Shown here in pieces: positions 12,222 to 25,090 of a DNA stretch of 64,000 nucleotides. Origin of the DNA: Camelus dromedarius (Eukaryota); NCBI RefSeq assembly GCF_036321535.1, contig NC_087437.1:121336001-121400000 (forward strand). Direction: 5' to 3'. Below the pieces are notes generated by a model. That model saw only the letters and a program-made list of their open reading frames with translations. It was not told the DNA's origin and did no database searches. The position numbers and the translations under genes were made by a program. Within the stretch, counting starts at the first letter, position 1. Every line of letters begins with the position of its first letter.

Positions 12222-13083
12222 GTGAGCGGCATGCGGCCCGGACGGGTGTGGGGCTGGCGCCAGCCCACCGCCGCATCCTCCCGGGCATGGCAGGGCCGAT
12301 GCCAGGTTAGCCTGGACACTTGGAAGGGAGTTTTCCAACAGTGGGAGATTCTGAAGGTGCTCTGGACAGAAAGGCGGTGTCAGGAAACCCCCTGTGCCCA
12401 CCGCCGCCTTCAGCACGCACAGCACTGGCTTGTTATCATCATTATCTTGATACTGGGTTATTTTGAAGCATTTTCCTCAGGAATTCTTTAGTATGCCTCT
12501 CTGGGGGCTCATAGAAAAAAGTCAGAAACATGCCTGTGAGGCCGTTTTCACACCCGAACGCGTCAGTGGTGACTCTGCATTTCAGATGCACGAAGTGGAA
12601 GAAGCCCACAGCTCCACGATTGCCTCGTGGCGCTTCCTTGTCACGGTCAGGTGTGAACACAGGCCGTGCTGCCCGGCAGCCCCGCCCCCTTTTCCTTCCC
12701 ATCGCGGGGCTCCTTTTTCTGGCTGCACTTCCCTCACGTTGGACTTTCCGGTTGCACCCTCTTTTGTCTTCATGCCGCTCTGACACAGTGATGCTCTGAG
12801 GGCTTCCTGCCTGGGCTGGTCCTGGAGGTGGGGGGCGGCCCCCAACTCCCTACGCAGACACACCACCACCTAAATGCCGCGGATGCGAGCGGCTGGAAGT
12901 AACAGTGTCGCAGCCCTGCGGGCAGCTCTCTGGCCCTCTAGGGCAGAGCTGTTTTAAGCAGCTTTCAGGTGTTTAGTATAATTTCCACCTGCAGTTTGGA
13001 AACAACCGTTAGAGTTTTAAGTTACTACTTATTCTTATTCCACTGGGGAGATTATCCACGTCTCCTTGACATTCTTTGTGCAT

Positions 13084-13572
13084 TGAAACTGCAGAGGGGA
13101 ACCTTTTTCCTCCACCTTCCTGGGTTCTTGGCTAGGACCCTGTAAATTAGACTAACTGAAGACAGATGAACAAGAGAAAAACAGTTTAGTAACTAACACA
13201 CGCAGGTCCCGTCCGTGGGGGAAACCTCAGCGAGGAGCCACTCGAGGCGAGGTTGGGACTGGGGCCTCTGCAGCGTCTCAGCGAGGAGCAGCGATGCTGA
13301 GGCTCCGGGGGCACCCTTGGGAGTGGGTGCCTGGGGGCAGGCTGGTGTGCGCAGGTCCGCCTGGCACCGACCCTGGGGTCCTCACGGCCACGTGGTGTCC
13401 TCAGACGGGGGGATTCATGACAGTCCTCGTCTCAGGACTTTCTGTTTTTGGTCGGATAAGGGGAGCTCTGGGAAGGCTTCTTTCTGCCCCTGCTGATTCT
13501 GTTTGCCTCCAGCTCACCGTAACCCCAGCCCCCCGAGTGGCGTGTCTTGGGGGACTGTGTCCGGCCCTCACA
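13084..13572. mobile_element. ERV1-class solo LTR (MER4-group-like), degraded
   Basis: TG...CA ends; gttcttggctaggaccctgtaaattagac...aagacagatgaacaagagaaaaac and ttgcctccagctca...agtggcgtgtcttgggg motifs; no clear target-site duplication. Confidence 0.6.
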
Positions 13573-15639
13573 GACCCTCCTGCTGACCATTTCTTGGAAT
13601 GGATTCCGCAGAGCAGGGCTCCAGCTGCGTCCTGCCCATGTGCTGTCCGAATGACGCCGCAGGGACTTGCCGCGTCGGGCAGGACGTTGGGTCTTTGGTG
13701 ACCGACGTGTTCAAACGGTTGTCAGCGTGTTCACTGGTTCTCTTACAGTTTGTCTGTGTACCGGGCTGTCTTGATGACTTTTCCTAAACTTGAATAAGGG
13801 CTTTACGTGCTGTAGCACGAGGCTCTTCACTGTTTTGTGCAGAAGCTCTTCCGGGCTGCTGCGAGTTGCCGTTGTCCCCCCAGAAAGCTGGCAAGGGCTG
13901 TCCTCTGGCAGTTTCCCATGTCGGCCATCCTGCCCCCCGGTGGGTCGCCCAGCGGCCGCTCTCCCCTCTGTCCCACCTGCCCTGGGGGTTGTGGGCTCGA
14001 GTTTGCCTTCTGACCACGGGATGGGCTCTGCCTGTTTGGTCCAGGTGGGTGTGCGGTCCTGCCTGGTGAGCGCCCACCCAGGAAGGTGTCCGGTCTCCCC
14101 GCTCAAGCTGAGTGCCCATGGTGGGCAGAGGCAGTGGGGGAGAGGAACGTCTCAGCCTGCGGATCCTCTCCCCTTCTCGTTTGCCTCTCACGGTCGTCCT
14201 TTACACGGATTCTCACTTACCTGAAAGGGTGGGGCCTGCAGGGGACAAGCCCCCAGCCCTGCGCCTGCCTCTGACCTGCCTGTAGTGGGGCCTCCGTGAG
14301 GGGCGGCTCAGGCGAGGACCTGGGGCAGAGGGCGGGAGAAGATGTCTGTGCTGTGGCCCGCACCCCCGAGCATTCTGGAGGGCTTGAGGGGACGGAGCAT
14401 TAGCTTGGAGATGCGGGACCTGTGTTGGAGCCCCAGTGCCGTGCCTTGTTGGCTGCTGGATTTTGGAGCATCTTTTTATCTATGTTCATCAGGTGAGCAT
14501 GGCATCTGTCGGGCAGATGTACAGTGTGGGCCTGCCTGGGACGTGTCCAGGGCTCCTTCAGCCGTGCCCCATGCCAGTGAAGCGCCGACACAGCTTGTCC
14601 TCTGTCCGGAGGAGGATGCGGTGCAGCAGAGGAGAGGTGGCCGAGCTCAGAGCTGCGAGGCCTTGCCTGGGAATGGAGTGACAGCTGGGCCTCCCTCTGG
14701 CATCTCTGAGATGTTTTCTGGGGGCATCGTCAGAGCTCCCCGGTGCAGATAGGGGCCAAAGCTTTGCCCTTGGCTTGGGCTGGCCCGAGGTCAGCACTGG
14801 GGACCCATCCCAGACCTGCTGAACCTGTTTCCACACACCCTCTAGGGGTCTCCAGCGCTGCCAAGTTCAGGACATTGACCCTGAGCCTGGTGGGTCCTGC
14901 CTTGCAGCTACAGGAGCATGGAAGCCCCCCATCTCCTCTCGGAGCCCAGGGTCTCCTTGTCCTGAGCTTCGAGGCACTGTCATCCAGATCCCTGATCCGT
15001 CTTCGCAACCTAACCTACTGTCTCCTGATCTGGTCCCCGGGGTGGCGGTGCCTTGGCGCGAGCCTGTGGGTCTGGGCGCTCTCATTGGGGGGCGTCTCAG
15101 TGCGCAGCAGGAAGAACTCCAGCCCTACGCCTCTGCACTGAGGCTGAGGGGTGTGAGAGAATCCTAGGCCTCCACCGATGGCATCTGGCATCAGCTGCCC
15201 GGGGGGCGTGGCCAGAATGTGCTTAAAACTTCGGGTGGTGTGAGCCTGAGAACCACAGGGGTGGGAGGGGGAACAGGGAGAGAAAGAAGCAAGGTGTTTG
15301 TTTTCTTTTGTGAATGGTCGGTGGGTGAGGCCACGCAGGGGAAGGAGCAGCTGAGAAGTTTGTTGCACTCACAGGTCCTACGGGCCGGAGCAGGGCCGCA
15401 GGACCAAGGGGGAGGAATTGGGGAGACCAGGAGGCAGCAAACGGGGATTGCCCGCCCCGGAACGGGGTCTCCCCCAGCCAGAAAGTTTTTTTTAGGATGT
15501 GAAAATGTCGTATTATACAGAGAATTAAAGAATATTTACAGGAGGAGAGGGCCTGGACTGTGAGGTGCAGAGGTCAGAGAGCCCGGGGTGCTGGAGGAAA
15601 CAGGCGGGCAGCCTGGGCCAGCGCTGCTGGGGGTGCGGG

Positions 15640-15830
15640 GTTCAGGGTGCGGGGCATGTGCTTGCTGGCACGGGAGCCTCCCAGGCTGGTGGCTTGGGTG
15701 TGGCCTCAGCTGCTCATCTGTAAAAGGGGGTGACAACAGGACTTGCCCCCTGAGTGCTGCCTGTTTGGGGTTTAGGTGAGGCAGTAAGCGTGGAATGTTG
15801 GGACCAGTGCCCAGCTTCAGTAAGTGCCCA
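15640..15830 (+). mobile_element. MIR SINE fragment
   Basis: cctcagctgctcatctgtaaaagggggtgacaacag MIR core and cagtgcccagcttcagtaagtgc tail. Confidence 0.7.
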
Positions 15831-17240
15831 GTTGGCGCTGTGGGAGGGACTGGCCGTGTGTCCTGCTGAGCGAGGACCCTCTCTGCAGGCCGAGGTGCCC
15901 AGACACCCCTGGGGCCCAGTGCAGATGTCTGTCACCCTCCCCACGCCTCCTTCTCCAGCAGCTCCTGTGTTTGTGGCATTCGTCAGCCTCGCCTCCCTAT
16001 TGGCCAGCACCCTGGACCCCTTGGGGACAACGGGCCTGGTGGCTTCCCTGGGTTTGAGCAGGGGCCGGCAGCCTGGGGTAGGTGAGGTCATGGGGAAAGT
16101 GGCGTCCGGTGACTCAGCCGCTGCTCAGGGAGCTGCCGGGCTGTGAAGGCACGGGCTCCTGTCTGCCTGGATTAGCACATGCCCTTCCTGCGTCCTTGCC
16201 ATCCCCGCGTCTCTGGCCGCAGTGCCATCCCGCACCGCCAGTGTGGTCTGCGGGGGCGGGTTGTGGACACCTTGCCCCCCTCCATGGGGGAAGGATGTCT
16301 GCTGCTCCCCTCCCGTGTGTGGACGTGCTCATGCCGTCGCCCGCGGCCCGGGCTCCGTGGGCCCTGTTTGGCCCGTGGGGGTCTTGCTGGCGGCGTCTCT
16401 CCTGCACTTCCGCGCAGAGCCTCTGGGAGCCCTGCTGGCTCAGCAGCCAGGCCTGCTCCCAGGTTTCCTTCTGATGCCCCGCTGGGGCTCTGAGCTACGG
16501 GGAACCACTGGCTTCCCCTCAGCCCCTCGGACAGCCCCCACCCACCAGCAGCAGAATGTGGCTGTGTCCTGAGGGTCAGGGCCCGTGGGACTGTGGGCCT
16601 GCACAGGAAGCGGCTTCCCAGCTCCTCTGCGTCTGCTCTCGGGGCAGGGACTTGGGCGAGTGGCAGGTCTGGAGCAGGCACTCTGGCCTCTGCGTTCGTC
16701 CCCTCCTGCACGGGGTGCCACCTTGCAAATCAGGTTTCCAGTTCTACATTCCTTTGTCCTGAAAAGTTTTAGGAGACAGGCCCCTCTCTGCTCAGACAAG
16801 CACCTGGGGTGTTGGCCAGGACTCTGTACCCTGAGCCGGGGAGTTCCGACCCCCAGACTCAGGTGAGACGTAAGCAGGTGGGGTGGGCCTGGAGGACAGG
16901 AGAGGGGAAGTGGTGGCGGCAGCGTGTCTCCAGGGGAATGTGATGGTGGTGAGTGGACAAGACACCTCGAGGCTGCAGTGGAGGGACTTTGCCTTGGGGA
17001 CGCCATGTCTGTCTCCTGGGGACGGTGCGGCTGAGACGGTCTCCCCTCCCCGGACCAGGCGGCCAGAGCTTCCCCGCCCCATGCTGGCCGCCCGCCGCGG
17101 GCCCCGCAAAGCTCCTGCTCCAGAGCCGCTGCTCAGCAGAGGGCAGCGGAGCCACGTCTGCTCGGAGCCGGAGCCGGAGCAGGGCCTGCTTCCCGACAGG
17201 AGGCGGAGCTGGGCGCTTTCCAGAGGCTATCTTTAGGGAC

Positions 17241-17380
17241 TTTTAATTTTAAAAATTTATTTACTTACTTACTTACGTGTCTTTTTTTAAACTTTGCTTT
17301 GAATGGAGGTGCTGGGGAGTGAAGCCAGCGCCTCGTGCAGGCTGAGTGCACCCTCCCCCGCTGCGCTGTTCCGCCAGCAC
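17241..17380 (-). mobile_element. Diverged tRNA-derived SINE (Vic-1-like)
   Basis: T-rich/(TTAC)n tail, then tggaggtgctggggagtgaagccagcgcctcgtgcaggctgag, which aligns without gaps to the reverse complement of 8263-8337. Confidence 0.8.
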
Positions 17381-20300
17381 CCCCCCCCTGCCCCGTTGTC
17401 TTTAGCGACTGTGGCTGAGGCTCCCTGGTCAGAGCTGCCCGCCTGTCCTGCAGCTGTGAAGTCAGGGCTGTGACGCTTCCACCTAGAGCGTTTTCTGTAC
17501 TTACCTCCACCCGCCCCGAGTGTAAGATAGGAACCGGGGAGGGTGGATCCCGAGACAGGACCGCTGCTCCGCTGGAGGCGCACTTTGGCCAAGGGGCTGT
17601 TTTGCTTCTCCTTGGCCTCCCTGCCCTCTTAGGACGCCGGAGGGGAGTCCTGGAAGTCCTGGGTGGGCCGGCGGAGGCCCTCCCGCTCTGTGCCGTGGTG
17701 TGCGCTGCCTGCCCGTTGGAGGTGGCCGCTGGCCTGGGTTGGCAGCTGTGAGTGCCCTGCACGTCGCCTGAGCGCTGTTCTCCTTGCCGAGGGGGGAGAC
17801 CCTCAGGGAAGGTGCCCACTGCCTCCAGGGGCGTCCTGGCTAGCAGGACCTGCGCTCTGTGTGCTGGACCGGAGGACTGGGGGGCCTGGGCCTCTGCTCT
17901 GGGCCTGCTGGCAGCTGGGGGCTGCTGAGCTGAAGTGCTGGTGGCCGAGGCCACCCCGTCACACGGTGGGCGGGCGGGCGGGAAGGCTCTTCTCACCTGA
18001 GTTTGCGTCGAGCCGGTTCTCTGGCAGAGGAAGCGGGGAAGGGCCGGGTCAGGGAGGCCGCTGAGGCCCCTGCTGCCCGAGTTTGAGAGGAAAGGGCTGG
18101 ACTCTGCGTGGGAGGTGATGGGGCCTGCGTCCTCTCCCCCTGTTGTCCGGAATCGGGGTGTTTCCAGCACGTTCTTCCCGGCTCTGGACGGGCTGTTGGT
18201 GGGAGGGGAGCAGGAGGGTTTGGCTGCAGCAGGGTGGTGTGAGGACGTGTGTGCTCTGCGCTGAGGGGTGATGTGTGCTGGGGCCTGGGTGCCACGGAGC
18301 CAGGCTCACAGCAGACCTGAGCATGCCCTGCACCCCAGTTCTCACCCTGGAGGAATTTGCTGTTTGGTCACAGGGCCCAATGGGAAGGGCGGGGGAGGGC
18401 CTGGGAGTGGAGCAGAAGAATTACCGTGCACGATTTGGGTAACGGACTGCTCCAAGGGGCGTCGGGAAGTGGGCATCCCCACGGCGACGGGTCTCAAGAC
18501 AGCTGAGCCGGAGTCACTGGTGCTTGGACAGGGCCTTGGGCAGCGCCACCGGGGCGGCTCTCAGCGGCACAGGGTCCGCCCCCTGCCCAGGAGCCTCCGG
18601 GTAGCTGGGCCCTGTGGCCTCTTTCCCAGGAGCAGCGTGGGCCCCAGAGGGGCCTTGGCTCCATCATTGTCCTTTCTGTTCCCGGGGTGAGGTCACATCC
18701 TGCCCGCCCCTTCCTTGCTGGGGGCCCGAGGCTTTCTGTCAGGGACCCCGTCAGTGCATCCTTGCAGAGCTCTGAGTGCAGAGGCGGCCCAAGCGGGTGA
18801 CCCCTTCCCCTGTCCGGGAATGTGTGGTGGTGACCCGCTCACGGCAGCGAGGCGGGCTACGTGTTCGTGGGGTTGAGGATTTGAAAGTCTTAAAAATGGC
18901 TTAAAGGCAGTGCCAGCGGAACGAGGCGCCCTGGGGAGCAGGAACGCTCACCAGTCTGGCCCCTCCTGCGTGCTGTGCTGCCCTCATATCTTGGGTGCTC
19001 TGATGGGACGTAGTCGTGTTTAGTTGCATGTGAAGACACTGTGTCCAGGTGCCACCCCAGGCAGAGGAGAGTCCCAACGCGGTGGCAGCGGTGAAGCCCT
19101 TGGCCCCCGAAGGCCGGCATCTCGCTGCAGTGGGACATCCCTGTGCTCAGGGGACAGGAGGCCCCAGAGGCAGCGGCAAGTGTTCTGTGGTGGGAGGTGG
19201 CCCTGGCATTGCTCTGGGGTCTCAGGGGCAGTAGGAGGGGCTAGGCTGTGACAGGGCCCCTTTGCTCCTTCCTGTCTGTGCTCCTGGAGCTGAGCTGGTG
19301 CAGGGGTGGAAGCCAAGTCCGCAACCCTGAGTGGGCGCGGGGCCCCTCCCCGCAGGGTGCGCCTGGCAGAGAACTGAGAAGTTAGGGACTAGCCTCCTGC
19401 TAAAGTGACCTTCTGTAAGAGACACTTCCTGATTGGAAAGGCAGGAAGTGCATGTGGTAGAAAAGCCAGAGAATCGATGTTACAAGTAAAGGCCAGCCCT
19501 GCGTCCCCACGTCGACTGCGTCTGGGCCCCACTCCTGCTCGCAGAATGTGCTGCTCGCTGACCTGGGTGGAGTTGGCGCTGCCCGCCCGGGAAGTGGCCG
19601 CGCGCTCCTCGGTGGGCTTGCCTCACCGCCCTTTGTCCAGAAGGGCCCCTCGCCGGGCAGCTCGGTGACGCTGTGGCCCGGCCCAGGGAATGTCCACCTG
19701 GGAACAGCCCTGGTTGTCTCCTGCGAGGCTCACGCAGTGCCTCTGTCCGGGGCTCCACACACTGACCGGGAGGCCCTCCTGGCCACCGGAAGGACGTGGT
19801 GCCCCTGGAGCGCCTGCGCGGCAGCGGTTTCTGGAATTGTTTTCTCGTGTCAGCGGAGCTGGGCCTGGACGCCGCAGGTTTTCTGGTGCTCCTTCTCCAT
19901 CACCAGGTAGGGTGGCCCGAGAGCCTTCCCCATCTGCTCCTCTCCTGCAGTTCCAGAACCTTCCTCCAAGGGGGGGACACTGTCTTTACAGCACTGTCCA
20001 CTAGCATTGGTCTTTGGGCTGCCCAGGGCTGAGCCGCAGGGCTTGTGCTGGGCCTGGAGAGAAGTGACAGGCAAGCTTCAGGGGTGTGCAGACTGGACCG
20101 GCCTTGACATGGTGCCTCTGCCCTCTTGGTGCTGGCCAGTGTCCCTCTGAGTGTCCCCCATCCTGCCCGGATGGCCTGTCCTCATGGCCACAGTGCCAGG
20201 GCCTAGGGTGGGTCCCCTTTCACAGGTGCTGACTTAAACACCTGGGGGACCCACACTAGGCTGCTGTCCTGAGGGTGGACGCTGGACTGTCTGGGATTGG

Positions 20301-22499
20301 ATTTCAGTACCAGAGTCGGGAGGATGAAGCTGGGGCATTGAGCGTTCTGTACAGCGAGCATCCCTCTGCCCTGCACGTGTCTGATAATTTCCACTAAAGC
20401 CCCTGCGGAGCCGGGCCCCTCCCTTTGGCTAAATTTGCATGTCTCTTTTCTGCAGCCCTGGAGATGTCCAGAGACGGATGGAGCGCTGTCCTGGGCAGCC
20501 GTCCTGCTGTCACTCAGGACCAGATGCTCCCGATGCCACTAGGGTGCCCAGATGCTGCCTTCTTCTTGGGGCTGGTTCCCCTGGCCCATGGGCCCCCACC
20601 CCTGCCAACCCTCTCCCACTGTCTCGTTTAAGGCTGTAGCTTCAGTGCAGAGCGAGGGCTTTGCCAGGCCCTTGAGGGTTTGGGCTTTTAGAACCCTCTG
20701 GATCTGCTGGGGGCGCCCAGTGGGGATGCTGAGGTGAGCAGACCGGTTCCTGCCTGTTCCCGCCTGTGCCCCAGGGGCAGTGTCTGTTTGCCACCTGGGC
20801 AGAGACGTCCCGAGTTCTTGGGGCCCGCGGGGCCTGCTGCCAGCATCCCAGGCGGCCTCTGTGGGGCTGCAGCTCTGCAAGTCCTTTGCGGCCTCAGGGT
20901 GGGTGTGCTTCCGGGGGCCATGGGGACGGGCTGCGGGGACGTCCCCACCCATGTGTGCACCTGCTCCTCGTCGGATGTGGTGGGTTCACGATTCCATCAG
21001 TCTCAACAGGTTGTAGACTTCTTTTGAAATTATTTAAAATTTGTAGAAAATTGCAGGATTAGGGGAGAGAAAACCTCTTCCTGAACGTCTGAGAGTGAGC
21101 GCTGACACCTCTTGTCTCCCGGAGGTTTGTGGTGAGGCCGCCTCCCGCCGCTGGCGCCCGTGCTCAGACCCACACCCGGACACGGGCCCTCACCCCACCC
21201 GGCCCCAGAGTGGTGCCCTCATCGCTCCAGGGTTGGTTTGGCCCCACACTGGGGCCCCGTGGACATCTCACACTTGCACCCCCGTGGTCTCTGACAGCTG
21301 CAGGGGCGCACACGCCCCCCTCCCTGCGCAGGCTGGGTCCCCTGGTGCAGCGCCCCCTCTCCTGTTCGCCCCGGGCCCCCACACAGGTCAGAGCAGCTGC
21401 TGACTCGGCCGAGGGTGACTGGCAGTTGCTGTGCTGCCCCTTTCTGCTGTGGGAGGTCGGGGTGGCGGCGGGGAGACTAGGTCAGCTCCAGGCACATCTG
21501 GAAGTTTGAACAGGAGGCCCCAGCGTGCGGAGGTGGCTCTTGGAACCAGGATTAGATCCCCGTGGGAGTCGCGGGTCCTGGGTTTACGCGAGTCCCAGGG
21601 TGGAAGGCGCAGTGGGACAGGAGCCCTGCTCCTCGGACAGCCGTGTTCTGCTCGGTCTTCATTAGACATCCTGGGTCTGTTGCAATAGCCCAGAGGACCT
21701 GCGTGAAGACATGGATCTTGCGCAAGTGTGTACAGGTGGAACGTGTCCTGGGCTTAAGCCGCATTGTCTGAGAAGACCAGTTAAGGCCCAGCCAGTGGGG
21801 CGGCCTGGGCCCCGCCCTGTTTTCAGAGCAGACTGTTGGCAGAGACGCTCTCAGCCTCGTCTGGCATCTCCTGCCCAGCGCCCTCCCACCTGCGCCCTGC
21901 GGGCCACAGCCCTGACGGGGAGCCGCCAGCCCCGCAATGTCTGCTCCCTGAAGCATGCTCCCTGCCTGCCCTGGGCCCGGCTGTGTGCACAGAGCCCGAA
22001 GACCTTGGCATGTTTCTCTGAAGGCAGCTCTCTTCCCCCGGTTGGAAGAATTTCGAAGGGGCAGCCGCAGTCCCAGGATTTGTGTCATAAGTTCACAGAG
22101 CAGGCTGGAGGTCCCCCTTCTCTCCGCCCACCTGTGTCCTCAAGAGGAAGTGGAGGCTCCAAGAGGCCCAGTGAGAGGACCCTCCTGCGGGTCTCTGGGT
22201 GCCCCCGAAGCCACGTCTTGCCTTAGCACCAAGGGACGGGGAGGGCAGCTTCCCTGCTGGCTGCTCCAGCCTGCCTCCTCGGTGCCACCTGATGCTCCAG
22301 CTGTCGCCTCCGAGCCTCCCGGGGCTCCCCCACGGCTTCTGCCGACACTGGCCAACCGTCATCGTCCAGCTGGGAGTCAGCGTGGACAGGCCTGGGGCTG
22401 GCCCAAGTGACGGCAGCTCACGCCGGGTCACGGGCGCCGCGCTGTGGCTCGGCTGGCCTCCCACCTGGAGTGGGCCTGCTTCCACCCGCTCTGCCTGCT

Positions 22500-22560
22500 G
22501 CGGACGAGGTGGCAGCCCTAGGCAGGCCAGCGGACGAGGTGACAGCCCTAGGCAGGCCAG
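22500..22560. repeat. 30-bp tandem duplication
   Basis: cggacgaggtg(g/a)cagccctaggcaggccag x2, 29/30 identical. Confidence 0.97.
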
Positions 22561-22714
22561 AGGAACTCCGCCTGAGTGCACACCTTGTGTGTGGTTTATT
22601 TCGGGGGGAGCCTCCAAAGCCCAAGTGTCCAGTGGCCCCCGGGGGGTAGGGCGCAGCGTGGAGCCGCTCTGCCGTGGTCCCAGCTCTCAGGCTCTGTTCT
22701 CATCCGGCTTGCGG

Positions 22715-22810
22715 CAGTTCCCTGCAGCCTGGGGCAGGTTACAGCCCCCACCGCCCTGCCCAGCCTCAGTCTCCTTGTCTGCAAAAAGGGGCTAGTCCAT
22801 AGGGTCGCTG
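22715..22810 (+). mobile_element. MIR fragment
   Basis: cctggggcaggttac...gcctcagtctccttgtctgcaaaaagggg. Confidence 0.5.
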
Positions 22811-23064
22811 ATGGACACGTGCCCTGTGCTCCTGGGCCGGCCGATTTCTTCAGGTCGCCCATGGGTGTTACAGGTGTTGCCCCTTCCTTCCTGGTGACAG
22901 TGACCCGATGCTGGCTCTGCAGGTCCTTGTTGGGGGTGGGCAGGCGAGGTTCACACGTGGCCTGCTTGTGCAGGAGGCTAGGCTCCTGCCTGGCTGGTGG
23001 CAGGAAGCTCAGCTCCGCCTCGTCGGTGAGAAGGTGGTGTGGTGGTCAGCTCGAGTGGCGGTGA

Positions 23065-23368
23065 CAGCCTCAGGCTGGACACCCGACGTCCCACGTCAGG
23101 AGGATTGATTTCTCCCGAGGCCCCTCTCCTGGGCATGTAGGTGGCCGTCTCCTCCCTGTGTCCCACATGGTCGTCGCTCTGTGTGTGTGTGTGTCCTGAT
23201 CACCTTTTCTCATAGGGACCCGGTCAGACTGGATCAGGGCCCACCCTAGTGACCTCACTTTAACCTGATTACCTCGTTAAAGGTCCTCTCTCCAGATGCT
23301 GCACATTCTGGGGTGCTGGGATGAGGGCTTCGACACACCAGCATGGGGGCACGGTTTATCCCGTCACA
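23065..23368 (-). mobile_element. MaLR solo LTR (MLT1B-like)
   Basis: gtgtcctgatc...ggatcagggcccaccctagtgacctcactttaacctgattacc; clearly homologous to 48193-48542. Confidence 0.85.
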
Positions 23369-23825
23369 GCGGGGACGGCAGATGTGCTGCTGGGGTGAGG
23401 AAGGCTCAGGAGAAGGGGGGCGGCAGGACTGGGCTGCATGAGGGCAGCACCAGGGAGGACAGGCCAGCGAGATGGGAGGTTGGGGAGCAGGGCAGGTGGG
23501 GGCGGGGGTCCCAGGGCGGCCTGAGTTCCCGGCAGAGGTGTTCAGGGAACAAAGGTGAAGGTATGCGTTGTGCTTCTTGCCCTGTTGTGGGCGAGTGAGA
23601 CCTGCACACGTCCCCCACACTGGCAGATGAGGGGGGCAGACGGCCCCCAGAGGGGCAGGGATGGTGCCGGGGCGTCCACGGGGCATGGTGGGCCCTGCCC
23701 GGTCACTGCCCACTCCTGCCACCTGGCCTGGGTCACCCTGGGGTTGGGTGGGGGTGTGTTGGAGGGGCTGGGCTCCACGGGCTGGGGGACCGCACGCCCG
23801 CTCACCCCGTGCTCTCTGCCCTCAG

Positions 23826-23894
23826 GTGTGGAGACCAAGGCTGTTCTGCCCAAGAAGGAGAAGCTGAAGCTGAGGCGCGAGCGGTGGCTGCACA
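23826..23894 (+). CDS. SLX9: SLX9 coding exon 3 (GVETKAVLPKKEKLKLRRERWLH)
   Basis: Acceptor ctctctgccctcag; donor ACA|GTAAGC; 69 nt, phase 1 to 1; conserved LPKKEKxKLRRExWL motif. Confidence 0.95.
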
Positions 23895-24199
23895 GTAAGC
23901 TCAGCCTGTCCCTGTCCCTGTCCCCGCCCCCGCCCCTGCTTTGTCCCCGCACGGACCCCCGGACTCCCGCGAGGCCCACCCCTGCTGATGCGCGGTCGGG
24001 CCAGGCCGTGGAGGGTCCGGGCCGCACGCGGGTCTGCACAGCCTTGGCGGGCTCCCCTCCCAGGGCGGCGGGCTCGGCAGCATCGTTCTGGGTTTGGCCC
24101 CGCGATGAGATGTGTAGTCACGACGGGGACGTGTGCCAGTCGGTGTCATCTGACACAGCCCTTCCAGGGTCACTTCTCCGTTCCCCATGTCCCTCCAGT

Positions 24200-25090
24200 A
24201 TGATCTGCGTTATTTTTTCCTTGAAGGTTTTAAAGCGTATGTTTTTCATTTTTTAAAGAGATTTGTCAGTTTCTTCCACGATGATTGGTTTCATGTTTCC
24301 TGTCACTTGGGGGTGTTTCTCAAGGAAATGGTCCATCCATCCATTTACTTTGTCGTGGTCCCTTGTGTGGAGCTGTGCAAAGTGTTCTTGTAAAGTGAGT
24401 TTGGGAAATTGGATAGACTGCGACCACTGGGGCCCTGAACGGTGTGGGGCCACGGTTCTTTGATGACACATTTTCTTCCGTGGTAGTCGGTCTTTCTCTT
24501 TAGCTGCTTGAGACAATCTTGGTCATTCGTTTTCCTGTTTAAAAATAAGTCATCTGATCTGATCAGACCCCAGCCTTGATCAGCCGAGAACGGTTGGTTT
24601 GTCATTAAGTGTCCTGCTTGTCGGTCTTTGTGCCGCTTCTCTCGTCTCTGATCAGTCCCGTCACCTTCATCCCGAGAAGCCTTGTGCTTCGTTGTCAGCT
24701 CTACCTGTGTGTTTTCTAAATGATCAGTTCCTGTTTTCTTAGTGCCTTGTTCTTGGTTTCTTTAGGTTTGCTTCAATGCCTTAGTCATTTGTTTTGTATG
24801 TTTTGTTTAGGAAAGAAAGGCTGTGCATTAGCCTCTGAACATAGCTTTAGCTGCATCTCCCAAGTTGCCTTGACTTAGCATTTATTATGGAAAATTTTGT
24901 ACAGAAAAGTAGGGGGAATTCCACAGCAAACACCTCACTTCTTTATCACATATCTGTGCACCCGTCCAGCCCCATCTGTCTGTCCAGCCACCAGCCCGAG
25001 TTTCATCTGTGCATTCTGAAGTAAATTACAGGCTTCGCTGCACTTTCTGCCAAATAGTTCTGCTGGAGTTCAGTGTTTGTTTGTGGATCT
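24200..25090 (-). mobile_element. Ancient L1 relics (ORF2-region and L1MC-like 3' pieces)
   Basis: T-rich strand skew; cctctgaacatagctttagctgcatctcccaagt and ttattatggaaaatttt...cagaaaagtag motifs. Confidence 0.5.

Noticed and set aside
23555..24256. 233-aa ORF with a signal-peptide-like start (MKVCVVLLALLWAS)
   Set aside because: Starts at GTG; only the 69-nt SLX9 exon 3 inside it is recognisable; the rest is GC-rich read-through
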